64,000 nt of DNA from the human T2T-CHM13v2.0 reference genome, Homo sapiens: NCBI RefSeq assembly GCF_009914755.1, contig NC_060937.1, one strand, 5' to 3'. Shown piece after piece: positions 52,470 to 64,000 of the stretch; positions within the stretch are counted from its first letter, which is position 1; the number at the start of each line of letters is the position of its first letter. The notes beneath the pieces are model-generated. The model was not told the origin of the DNA and did not search any database. It was given only the letters and a program-made list of their open reading frames with translations. A program made the position numbers and the translations under genes.

Positions 52470-55400
52470 ACCTAGGAAGCAGGTATGGGTGGGCGTCAAG
52501 AAATACTACTTAAGTAAAATACAATACACTTCAAGTAGGTCTATTTTGTCAATATCTCTAGGGAAGAGTCTGGTACGAGGAAAGACATGGAGAAAAATCA
52601 TGACCAAAATGAGATCACCCGCAAATGGCAAGGCTTGGAATCCTCGTGAAGAACGGGGATGCTTCGCTCCAACTCCAGTAGGCGGAGCCTCTGTGTGCGG
52701 TGACAGGACTTTCGGACCCTGAAGCCAAGCCCAAGGGCAATGAGATTTCCTGTTTCTTCCCTGCACACCACAAGCCGCTTTCTCCCACTCCCCAGCCCTG
52801 CCGCAGTGGCACCGTGGAGCTCCCCATGCTGAAACTCATCTTAGATCTCAGACTCAGCTTCTACCAAAGCAGCACCTGCTGAGCATGGAGCTTGAGGAGA
52901 GAGAGGTATTCAGGAGGTGGGGGGCCCTGGGAAGAGTGCACAGGGCCAGGGGTCCAGGCTTCTCCTCCTCCCTCTCTGTCACCTTAGAGGTGACCAGTTC
53001 CTCAGGTTTCCACATCTAAAGGCTTCCAGGGACCGCGCTGACCAGCTGTCCAGCTCATTATGTGAGGTTCGCACGCCTTGCTCCCTTTCCGCCTCCCATG
53101 CTGCCTCTCTTCCGCCACCCTGCCCCGCTCAGCCTCCTCTCCTTGTAGTTCCACTAAGTGCAGAGCTTGGAGTGAGCCTCTGGCCCCAGGCTCAGCCAGC
53201 ACTGCATTCCTCAGCATGAGGCTCTGGGGGTCAGGCTGTGACACGCGTTTAACCTGCCCGGCTCAGTGCCGCAGTGAGTGACCCAACAAGGCGTGGTGGG
53301 AAAGTGGCCTGGGAAATTGAACCGTAATGTATATGCACCCTTCTTGCTGTCAACAAGAGCAATTTGAGAATAAAATGCTCCCTTTCTCAATGAAAGCCTC
53401 AGGCCATCTTTCTCCCTCTCGTATGCCCTTTCCTGGAAGCTCTGCGTCAGGACAGCTGCTGCCTCAGCAGTGATGACATTACCCGATTGTTGGAACTTCT
53501 CACAACTAAACACAGACTCTTACACAAAGCATCCAGGGCCGCTCAGCCACCTGGGAGGGACCTAGCGAGTCACTATCTCAGCTTTGGAGTAGAAGACGCT
53601 AGCGCTTCTGGAGGTGGCACTGTGGCTTCACCGAGTGACCACGGAAACTGCAGACAGGCTCTGATAATGAACTTGTTAGTTGATTAAGGCTAGAAGTGAA
53701 CACCTGCCTAGGACTATTTGCCAGTGCTTCAGTTACTGGAGTTACACATGGTGGAATATGCAGTCTGTAAGATTGGAATTAGAGTGAATCCATTTAGAAA
53801 AAGCTAGAAAACAAATTATCTGCTCTATCTGATCAAATAGAAGATGGGGTGGGAAAGTGTTCCTGGCACTTGCCTCTAGAACAGGCTGGAACCCGTTGTG
53901 TGTCGCAGCCTCTCCCCGCCATGCCTAAGTGTGAGCGAACGGCTGTGGGTCACAGTGACACTGTCCTCGTAACACATCCTGACAAAGGGTGGGAGGTGGT
54001 GCCTCCCTGTAGGACCAGGGGGAAAGGACTGGGCCAGGTGCATTTCTTTCTGCCCCTGGTGCTCATCCCCTGAGGGCCTCTCTGTGTCCCACTGAGGAGA
54101 TACTGGACCACCCCCAGGTGTGTGGATGCCCACCCCACATTCTGTCCTCTCATTCCTTGTCTAGCTTGTTCTCTCTCCTTTCTCATCTTCAAACAAATGG
54201 TTTTCTTTTCTTTTAAAAAGGCTTCTTTATAATATTGTGTCCACTGGACTCACTGGCTAACTGTGGGTGTTTCTGGGGAGGCCTGCCCTTTGCAGCAGGT
54301 CTGCAGTCCTGGTGTGCACCTCCTCTGGCCTTCTGAGGTCAGCCCCCTCTGCTGACTTGAAGGGGAAGGTGGATGGATCATGGTTCGCCCCACACAGGGC
54401 CTTAAGACAAACAGAAACAGCTCTGAGCCCACTGGACACCCTCTTGATTTTGGGGAACTCATTTGGGGCCACCCAAGCCCACCAAGCGTAGTACTAAGAA
54501 ACAGGCCCCTCCAGCCGCAGGCCAAGGTCTCCTGTCTGGGAGGCGCACGTGGGAGCTGGGGCTGCTTTCTCCCATCCGCTGAGCTTCCCCAACCAGAAAG
54601 ACAATTTTCTCCTGGAAGGGAGATTTTAATAAGCTGTAAGATTCAGGTGGTGACTCAAGAGACCGTGGTTTAGCCCCCACCTGCCAGTCCCCTCCCAGCC
54701 GTCCCGCCCTGCTGCCTCTTCCCGGGCCTTCTTCCCCTGCCACCTCCACCTGCCTGCAGATCTCAGCATCTGCTGGCCGCCCTGGGCCCAGGAAGTCAGC
54801 CTGTTGGAGTGACTCGCCAGTAGTCGGACCCGAGAGTGGGAGAGATGGGACCTGGGGAGGCCTCTGGGGCTGTTGCATCCAGAAACTGCTGCTCTCTCAT
54901 CTTCCCTCTCAGGCCAGCGAGTGAGGTGTGCACACCTCTCAGTCGTCCACATGGCCACGAGTGTTTTCAGGGCTCCTAAGCGCTGGCAAAGACCGCAGCT
55001 GCCCCTCTGGATCCATCACATTCCAGCAATGTTCCTGCCTGGCCTCCGATGGCCCTGTCTGGGAATCCAGGTGCACCTCGAGTTACCAATCTTGCAATGC
55101 TTCTTTGTTGGCTCAGCCAGTGGCCCAGCCCCTCCTACAGCGATTTCATCTACACATCGAGTATGAAGAAGTGTTTACCCCTCGCTGGGGTGTTCTGAGG
55201 GTTCAGCAAGATAATGTCTGCAGATAGTGAAACATAGACCTGGTGCCTGGCAAGTGATAGTTAAGCATTATTAGGACTAATCCAGTGGATCTGGATTGTT
55301 AAACTTCGCTATGATTAAGTCAGGAGTGTTGGCATTCTCATTCGGAAACAGTGTAGGTCCTAGTCAGAGCCCTGTTATGTCGGGAAATCCACTCTATAGG

Positions 55401-58243
55401 TTATTTGGGGTTTGGACGGAGTGGAAGAGTGAGTTTGAGGGAAAATCCTTCTGTGAATAGTTCTTCTGTGGATCGCCTCTTGCCCTCTGAGTTTTTGGTT
55501 TGCTTTTGCTTTTTAACCCTACTGCAAAGACTTCGGAAACAGCCAGGTTATTTCTCCCTCTGTTCACTGTTACCAGGTTGCCCATAGTTTATAACTAATT
55601 TCGGCCTCACTGGGTGATGCTTACCTGATCTGAGAACCAGAAACCAAAAAACAATCCAACCAGGTGGGCATGAGGACATGAGAAATGAACATTAGGAGAG
55701 ACACCTGGCTTTATTACATTTAAATCTCATCAGTCCACTAAGTGTCTTGGGGAAAGTACAAATCTAATGTCCACATAGAAAGGTCTGAGTGTAGCCTGCA
55801 GAGCTGGTGGACACCTCCATTTTAGGACATCAGTGCTGACGTGTGGGATTGGCAAGTTCTGCCACAAGATCCAGACCCTGGGTACCCCTGGGCACCACCC
55901 AGTGGGCCCCAGACACGGCCCCTCATAATGTATAATTGGAAAAATCAGGAATGTGGGAAGAACAGTGGAGGCCTGGCTCTGGCCAGCCTCAGTGTGGGGC
56001 TGGATCCACAGGAGGCAGGGAAAGGCCAGCCTAGACCTAGAGGTGGAGACCGAGCACTCCCCACGGTCCCTGATGCCAGGGCAGAATCTGACCGCTAATG
56101 TCACTCTAGAGCTGAGGTCCACGAATGATAAATCATAAAGTTTCCTGTGGACATTTTTAAAACAGGAAAGTTTTTTTTTCGCTATGTTCCTCCCTATTTG
56201 ATTTATATTCTAATAACTTCGTATGGGTTGTAAGTGGGTTTCATGCGGCCCCAGGAGAAAAAGATGCCTGCTGTCAGTGTCTATGTGCTGTTCCATTGTC
56301 AAGAGGAAATCGGCCTAAACAACCGGCCCCCAGATCTTATAACTGCCCCAAACTGCCACTGGCCACGCTCTAGGACCACATCCATATTTTTGGCCACCAC
56401 TCCCACCCAAGCCTGGCCTCTCTTTTGAAATCCATGTGACTTGGAGGAACAGGCACCCCACCCCTTCCTACTGGGTCTCCCTACAAGCGTTTGTGGCCAA
56501 GACGAATGTCGAGTTACACCCACTTTGAGATTGTCCTGGGTCAATTCCATCTTGAGGAACTGGGGGGCTCCTCTACCAAGTTCTGGAGCAGACCCCAAAC
56601 TGCATGGAATAGACTTGGTCCAGGGGTGTCCTCCTCGGCCACTCCCAGCGGAAAGGAAGTCCAGCTCACACTGCTCTCATCAGCTCTTCCCTGGGGTCAG
56701 CCTGCCAGGCTGACAGTCACAGTGTGGCTGGACCCTTCACCATTCCCAGGAGACGACTGTGTTCTGACACTGCAGATCCCTCCTGACGGGCCGTCATCGG
56801 AGGCAGGATCAAGAGCAGCCCTGTTTACCGAGGACAGCCCTTCCACAGGGTCTTGGATCCACTTCTTACCTGGGCTGTGTTATTTCAGCTCCTGCAAAGC
56901 GTTGCTTTCTTGAATTTCTCTTTGCTGTTTTCCACTGTCTTACTCTGGGGGCAGAAACGTGACACGGCCCCACAGGCGTGTTCCTCTGCTTACCTTAGAG
57001 CTGTCGGTGGAGACACTGCTCCTTACCGTGTGTGTGTCTCCCACATAGGCACCTTCAGGGGACGTATTTCTGGATTTAGCACTAGAATTTTAGGGTTTTC
57101 TCCTAGATAAATAGTTTATTTTTATGTTACTGATGTTTAATCACCTATCTGATCACACTGCGCTTTTTGCAGTAGTTGCTAGAAAGTTTGGAACTAAATG
57201 CGTGGCCAGCTTCTAGCAAGGGTACCAGTCCTCACCATACGGCTCTGTGTACTTGTCCTGGACTTCTCAGGGTCGTCATTTCTTCCCAAACTCCCTTTGG
57301 ACTGCTTTCCTCCTTCTTCTTTGTTTTGCTGTATTTATGTAAGCCATCATCAATTCCGATCGTAAATGCTTTTTCTTAGAATAAGATGGAGGGTGTGAAA
57401 GGATGAACGTACACTCCATTGAGTAGGAAACAATTCAGCCTGGTTTCTGGAGTTCCAGTGCTGTCACAGGTGGAGTTAGCCTTGGACGGCCTCTTCATGT
57501 GCTGGGGGGACCAGGGGGCTGCACTACTCCCACGCGGAGGTAGCGCCAGAAGGCAGCCATAAGGAATGAGAGATGGGTGGGTGCAGATGGGAGGACCTCA
57601 CGTGCATATGGGCCGCCTGGGCCTCGGCGTTCCTGTGTGTCAGGCTGTGGGAGTCTCTCTGTGTCCCCAGCCCGCCCCATGTGGTTCTGGGACCTGCTGG
57701 GCCGGAGGGTTCCCTTCACTGGTGGATCTGATTCTATGTCATACTCCTCCTCCACCTGACGTCGGGAAACCGGCCAGCCCACGTAGCTCAGGACTCCAGG
57801 ATCGTCCAGCACCCTTATGGTAGCAACTTGTCCTGAATCATAGACAATGTTCAGACAAGACGTTTATGAATTTGTGAACTTATATACCACTGGGGACATC
57901 AACTTTTATCTACCACCAAGGCCATCACCTTTCTGATAAGAGGGGGCTTCTTAAAAATAAATCAGAACAGAGAAATAAAATCAATACTCATGATAGACCA
58001 AAATAAAACAAAAAACCACAGGGAACTTAACAGAAAAACAGGAAAGACGTCTAGACCCGGAAGAAATCAGATGTCATAAATATTTCAACCCAGTGCACAC
58101 TGACTCTACACTTTGTTTATTTGATGTCCACATGGACCTGCGCCTGGAGCCAATCCTAGTACACTTGCTGCAGAGAGGTTTCTTAGCCCTTCATTTCATC
58201 CTATTGGAAAAAATACACAAATACATGGAGATAGGATAACTGT

Positions 58244-58387
58244 GCATTTTGTGGGCCAGGTAGAATTTCTGAGCATTTTGTGGGCCAGGTAGAATTTCTG
58301 AGCATTTTGTGGGCCAGGTAGAATTTCTGAGCATTTTGTGGGCCAGGTAGAATTTCTGAGCATCTTGTGGGCCAGTTAGAATTTCTG
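58244..58387. repeat. 29-bp VNTR, 5 copies
   Basis: Unit gcattttgtgggccaggtagaatttctga at 58244, 58273, 58302, 58331 and 58360. Confidence 0.97.
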
Positions 58388-58578
58388 TGGCGTCTGGTGG
58401 TTTTTGAAAGCTACTTGCCAGGTAGACCCCCAAGTTTTTACTCACCTGCCTGGCCATGGCACGAAGGACTTCGTTCAGGAGCCGGGAGAGATGTTTTTCC
58501 TAGAAGGAATGATAAGTGGTACCTAGTACCCAGACATCAAGCTTCTTCCCAAAGCCTGTGCACAGAAAGCACGTTGAG

Positions 58579-58887
58579 CCTCATAACGACCACACGGCTG
58601 AACACCTGCCCATGCCGGGGACTGCATGAGAGCCGCCACACCTCATAAGGACCACACGGCTGAACACCTGCCCATGCCGGGGACTGCGTGAGAGCCCCCA
58701 TACCTCATAAGGACCACACGGCTGAACACCTGCCCATGCCGGGGACTGCGTGAGAGCCCCCATACCTCATAAGGACCACACGGCTGAACACCTGCCCATG
58801 CCGGGGACTGCGTGAGAGCCCCCATACCTCATAAGGACCACACGGCTGAACACCTGCCCATGCCGGGGACTGCGTGAGAGCCCCCAC
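58579..58887. repeat. 62-bp VNTR, 5 copies
   Basis: Unit cctcataaggaccacacggctgaacacctgcccatgccggggactgcgtgagagcccccata; inner copies identical. Confidence 0.97.
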
Positions 58888-61080
58888 AGTGGCCCAGCAG
58901 GGTGGGGGCTACTGTCCCTGTTGTAAGGAGGAGGTGATTCGGCAGACCTAAGCCCGTCTGATTGCAAAGACCCGGCCCTTCCTTGCGTGCGTCAGGAATG
59001 CTTCTCTACGCTGCCGTGGGGGTCTCCCGTGGGGTTCTGTCAGACACATCTGTTTCTAGAGCAAAAATGTCCTCACACGCGGCACCCAGGCAAAGCAAAG
59101 CTCCCAGCAGCCAGGCATCCTCCCATTACACAGAGCGAGCCTGGAGTCACTCACACCTGGGATGCCCACTGGGTCAGAAAAGTGCATTTGAATTTGAAGG
59201 ATTTTAAAACGCTAAATGTTTCATGTCCTATTAATTAAAAATGTAAAAACTCAAGAGTTACAACTTCCTGGTCTTTCTCCCACCCGGAGTGAGACGGCCC
59301 AAGGCATTTAACACATCCCGTTCTCTTCAGCTCTCCCCTTTCAACCCAAAGGGCGTCTCTCCTTTGCTCTTAGGATGTCAGCAAAATGCTGAGACTTAGT
59401 GCAGCTGAGAGTGTGCTCTGCACAGCTCCAGTCCACGTTCTCAGGGGCCACTTGGCGTCCCCACCACCTGGTCTTCGCCCCAGCCCCATCTCATCTGCCA
59501 CTAGAGTTGCGTAACGTGAGTCCTGGACAGTTGATTCCACCTGAAGTCGACATCCGTGCCCCAGATCCCTAGCAGAGCTCACCGTGAGCCTGTGCTGAGG
59601 CGCCTCTGAGCCATGGAGCTGGGCCCAGCTGGGGACAGGGTTCCCACGGAGCCTCTGGTGTTAGGTGTCCAGTTCCCAGGGCCTAGGCTCTGTCAGGTCC
59701 CACATGGGCAGCATAATCATTCAGATGAGCTGAAATCCATCATATAATGAGTCCCATATGATACTCATCTTGGAGGAGAAATGAATAAATCATTGTGCCC
59801 AACAGGAGACTTATTTATGCGCAGCCTGCCCTGGGAAGAGGCGTGGGGGTGCTGTGATGAGCAGTGCCAGGAGACAGCAGCAATTCAGGAATGAATGCAC
59901 CTTTCTGTCCCGGCCCCCCGAGGCCCTGGCACCTGCTGAAACTAGACCTGGGCACAGGGCACAGCCCCGCAGCTAAAGAAAGGCAGTGGGAACAAAGCTG
60001 TCTGCCCTGGCCCCACTCGCCCAGGCTGGGGACGCGCCATGGCTGCACAGACGCCTCCAGAAGCCCCCAAGCCTGCGGCCCCTCCTCCTGGAACTCAGCT
60101 CCCCTGCATGGAGCCCCGTCTGTTGAGGCAGTGGGGCCAGGCAATTCCTCACTCTGTCCAGTTTGCCTTTCCTCAATAGGATTCTCATTTTTGTCCGAGA
60201 TGTCCCACTGTGTTCACGGACAGACAGTGTGGCATCGTGCCGAGATGGGGGCTTGGGGCACAGGTGCCGGTCTACCTGTTCTCTACCCAGGCGTGATGGA
60301 ACAGACACCGCTTTGCAGAGTCCTCAGGTGCTGAGGATAAAACCCTTGGTAGGGCCCCACTCGGTAACAGTGGCCGCAATAGGTGCAGGATGGTAAAGTG
60401 GCCACCGCTCAGAAACACTGTGGAGACCTCCGTGCCTCCGGCCCTTTATGGGCCTGGATATGACACAAACAGCTGAAGTGCAAGCCCCGGCGTGTGGGAG
60501 CCTCCAAGGCCCTGCCTACTGTTGGACACAGGAAAGGGGATGTGAAGAGAGAGAGGAAGAGGAGAGAGAGGAAAAAGAAAGAGCTTCCTGGTGTTGGCGT
60601 CTCGACCTGTGTGTGCGCAGTGGTGATAATCCAGTGTGAAATCCAATCAGACAAACAAGCCTCAGCTCTCTCAGAAGCAGACGCCCACCGGAGCTGGTGG
60701 ACGGGCATCCCAAACACAGAAAGGTTCTCAGAGAAGGACACCATACGTCACCCACAGGTTTTAGCAAATGACTGCTTCCTTCACTGAGAGAATACTTCAT
60801 CAAAAGGGCCAGCTTTTCTTTCCCTTTCTCTGTTTCTTTTTATAGAAATAAAATATAGAAACAGCAATGTTCATCACAAAGGAATCATGATCCAGGGGAT
60901 GGGCGCCGGTTCCTGAGGACACAGAAAGGGTGTGTCTGGGGAGCAAGAGCCGTAGTTTCGGCGCCAGACACCGAGGCAGGAGCTGCCGCAGCCGCCCTTG
61001 GGGACCCCGAACCTGCCAGTGGAGAGCCAGGTGGGGCGTTCTCTGAGGAGGGTGAATAGAGTTCCCGCCCCCAGCCCTCC

Positions 61081-61142
61081 CGTTCCTGCTTCCTTTAGGG
61101 TCACCGCGCGTTCCTGCTTCCTTTAGGGTCACCGCGCGTTCC
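61081..61142. repeat. 28-bp perfect tandem duplication in a CpG-enriched patch
   Basis: cgttcctgcttcctttagggtcaccgcg x2 followed by cgttcc. Confidence 0.95.
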
Positions 61143-61144
61143 CT

Positions 61145-61393
61145 GCAGAGAACACGCTGGGAAGGCTTTGTTGGGACAACAGCTTCTGCAGCCGCCGGCG
61201 CCCTCCTGGCCGGGCTGCCCCCACGTCTTTTCCCTCTGTGTGCTGGGTGCGCACTCTGTTCCCTTGGCTTCTGTATCCGTTCCCTGAAGCTTCAGTGGCT
61301 TAGACAAGACTCTATTCCAAATAGGGCCACATTCAGAGGCACGGGAGTGAGGACCCCAAAACAGGAATTCGGAAGCACAGTTTGACCACAGCA
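61145..61393 (-). mobile_element. MLT1A-C-like LTR fragment
   Basis: cacgtcttttccctctgtg...aagactctattccaaatagggccacattcagaggcacgggagtgaggacc. Confidence 0.6.
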
Positions 61394-61691
61394 GCCTTTA
61401 GCCTGTGTTCCTGGTCCTGGCTTCCCTAGACCTGGCATCTCCAGGCTTTAACCGTCTTCGTTTATGAACCCCTAATACTTCTGTAAAACTGTGTACCAGC
61501 TCACACATCCTTAGGATGACATTTAAAGTTTTGTAGCATACTTTTCTACAGTTGCACTGGATGTGTTTTCTAATATATGTTGAAGCAACATCATTTGGCT
61601 TATTTGTTTTGTAGAAAATGTTCACCTTATACATTAATTAGAAAATGCAATCCTCGTTTTCAAATCAACATGCCAATCAGATGTAATTTCC

Positions 61692-62060
61692 TCATTAGTC
61701 AGGGCATGCTGCGTTATACTACGTAATAACCCCAAACCTCCACAATATCACACGAGGCCTCCAGGTTCAAGGCAGCTCAGCCTGGGTGCCTGGGTTGGCA
61801 GAGGTTGGCCCAGCTCCCCCAGGGACACAGAGAGCTCGGCTGAGGGAGGTTTCTCAACACGTGGCTATGATCACCACGTTCACGAGAAGGAGTGGAACGC
61901 TCATGCTGGAAGTAACATGCGTCACTTCTGCTCATGGCTTTGTAGTGCCCAAGACTGGTCATAGGACCAGCCCTGGATTCAGAGAGGAAAGAAAGTAAAA
62001 TGTCCTCAGTGCCCAGAAGAAGGGCCCAATTGTTTGAAAACAGCCGTAACAATTACAGTC
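61692..62060 (-). mobile_element. Old MLT1J/K-like LTR fragment
   Basis: tagtcaggg...atactacgtaataaccccaaacctc and ggaagtaacatgcgtcacttctgctca. Confidence 0.45.
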
Positions 62061-62129
62061 TGACTTCATTTTTAGTTAATGTGTATTAATACATAACCCT
62101 GCACAGTCTTCTTTGAATTCTGACTCTGA

Positions 62130-62233
62130 GATATAGACAGACAGATGGGTGGATGGACAGGTAGTTGGGTAGGTAGGTAAGTAGATGATAGATAGACAGA
62201 CAGATAGAAAAATAGATGATGGATGGACAGACA
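62130..62233. repeat. Compound tetranucleotide repeat (GATA/GACA/GGAT/GGTA)
   Basis: agacagacagatgggtggatggacaggtagttgggtaggtaggtaagtagatgatagatagacagacagatag. Confidence 0.85.
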
Positions 62234-63249
62234 GAACGGTCACAGCCTTCCCACCTCCAGTATTTTTGCTCTGTTCCACGGTCTTTCCCTCAGGACCGAT
62301 GTATTCTCCAATCACCCTCCCAGAGGTTCTGCTCCCCACAATGATGCACCTTGGTGAATTAAGGGCAGGTGAGAGGTTTGCCTTTCTTTTTAGTGTGAGA
62401 GACGGGAGGACGGGCAGACAGCAGGCACCTTTCCAAGCACATTGGTCTTAGAAAAGAAGCACGAGGAAATTGAAGATCCAGAACTTTATTTTATGAAAGT
62501 CACTGGCCTTTGCTTGCACCAGGTAGCTTAGAGATCTCGGCTGTGGTCCACACTGCAACACCTACTTGTTCCTGACTGTACTGATTAACCTTTCTGGGTT
62601 TGACCCGCGTCCTCCCTAACCTTCGGGACATGCTTAGTTGCATTCTTTCCAGGGCAGCCCTTTTTCCTACCCTCCTTGGCCCAATTTGAGCCCCAAACCC
62701 TGGTGTAATCCGATGATGATTCCTTCAAATAACAGCAATGTTTGAACATTTTCACCATCCACACCCTTTTTTCTAATGAAATCATACAGGAAGCCCATTA
62801 CAAGACTGAGAAGGGTGAAGCTGGTCTGGCTGAGGAAGGGCCAGGGTGCCGGGGACCCAGGCCCCACCCTCAGGCTGCACGAGGCACCCAGAGCAGCCCC
62901 TGAGGCAATTCTGCTGACCTGGGAGTCCTGGGAGGCACCTTCTGAGAACCCCCACATGACATCAGGGTGATTACAGGGGTTCACTGGGAAGAGCAGGGGT
63001 CCCTTCAACCCGGTCACTTCACACAGAAGCAACTGGATTGCAGCCATGTAGACAGGCCCTCCTCCAAGAGAACCGTCTGCAGCATTTCTGCCCAAGTAGA
63101 CACGCCGAATACTGTCATTTGGTCACATTCAGGAATCTGGCGGTACTTAAGTCCCTCATTTGCAATAAAGGATTGTGTCAGCATTTCTGTTCTGAATTCC
63201 TATTTTCAATGATTTATAATGAAGCATCTTTTTAAAATGGTTTCAGCTG

Positions 63250-63800
63250 TTTGAGCTATATGCAGCCAAGAGAATAGATCCTAGGGCTTTTTTAGCACTC
63301 CACTAACTATGAAATTGTTTGATTTTTACAAAACATATTTAGCAAATTGTTAAAAGTATTGGCTAAACACAGCATTTCATAAATGAAATGTTGAAGTGAT
63401 CAAGATGTTGAACTTTAAAATCATCTGCTTTCGCTGAACAGTGTCTTTTTTTACAAAGTTCAATAAGAATTTCTAACATAATTTTATACAACATCATAAG
63501 TGCATTGCTACATGTTGTAAATATCACGCCATTACACATTCTAATTACCTGATTACATTCATTTACATTAAATTTGTAATTAAATGTAATTTCATGCTTA
63601 TTGAGTGAAAATCCTTTTGAAACATTGCGATCGTCCTCTCCATCGCAATGTGTGAAACCAAGAGCAGCCCTGACCTGGGATGTCTGCAAAAGCAATTAGC
63701 GATTCGCATCCATTAAATCGCGGTCGCTTAAAGACTCTGCAGACAGCAAGATCACGCATCACAGTTAACTTATTGTGAAGGTGGTGTTGGAAACAAGATT
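63250..63800. promoter_or_regulatory. Candidate conserved non-coding element with multiple stem-loops
   Basis: AT-rich, no recognisable repeat, TAAT/ATTA clusters, retained CpGs and several inverted repeats (see findings). Confidence 0.45.
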
Positions 63801-64000
63801 CTTGTTTCTGCAGCTTTGGTCTTTTGGGGTCTTGGGCTAATGTCGTAAGATGCTGCTTTGGCTTACAAATTAGAAAATTTTGATCTGTGTTATGACTGTT
63901 ATGTTATGGGAAGCAGGCAGTGGAAGTCACCTGACTATATTCTAACCAAGGCTTTTTAAGTCGTAAGAATCCTTTCTTCATTTGCAACAACCTACAGTCT

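Overview
This window is human (or closely related primate) non-coding DNA, judged from AluS/AluJ, L1PA, MaLR/ERVL LTRs, MER63 and MADE1. I find no credible protein-coding exon, rRNA, tRNA or CRISPR array. The longer ORFs I examined are explained by Alu, L1, tandem-repeat or GC-rich sequence. The window contains: (1) a CpG island at about 32.6-33.4 kb with a GC box, an ETS motif and three 5' splice-site consensus matches, a candidate orphan or lncRNA promoter; (2) two AT-rich, repeat-free, TAAT-dense blocks (about 20.1-20.9 kb and 63.25-63.8 kb) that look like conserved non-coding elements, the second with several perfect stems; (3) about 14 tandem duplications or minisatellites, several born inside transposons, including a MER63A copy whose internal expansion multiplied an AP-1 site and a ~14.5-copy 41-bp array inside an ERVL-class LTR; (4) two 5'-inverted (twin-primed) L1 insertions of very different ages; (5) a ~5 kb decayed antisense L1M. 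Repeat family names come from my recall of consensus sequences, not from a search. I cannot assign the locus from sequence alone. I do not see a demonstrably new biological system. The best leads are transposon-born VNTRs that multiply transcription-factor motifs around an orphan CpG-island promoter and putative conserved elements.
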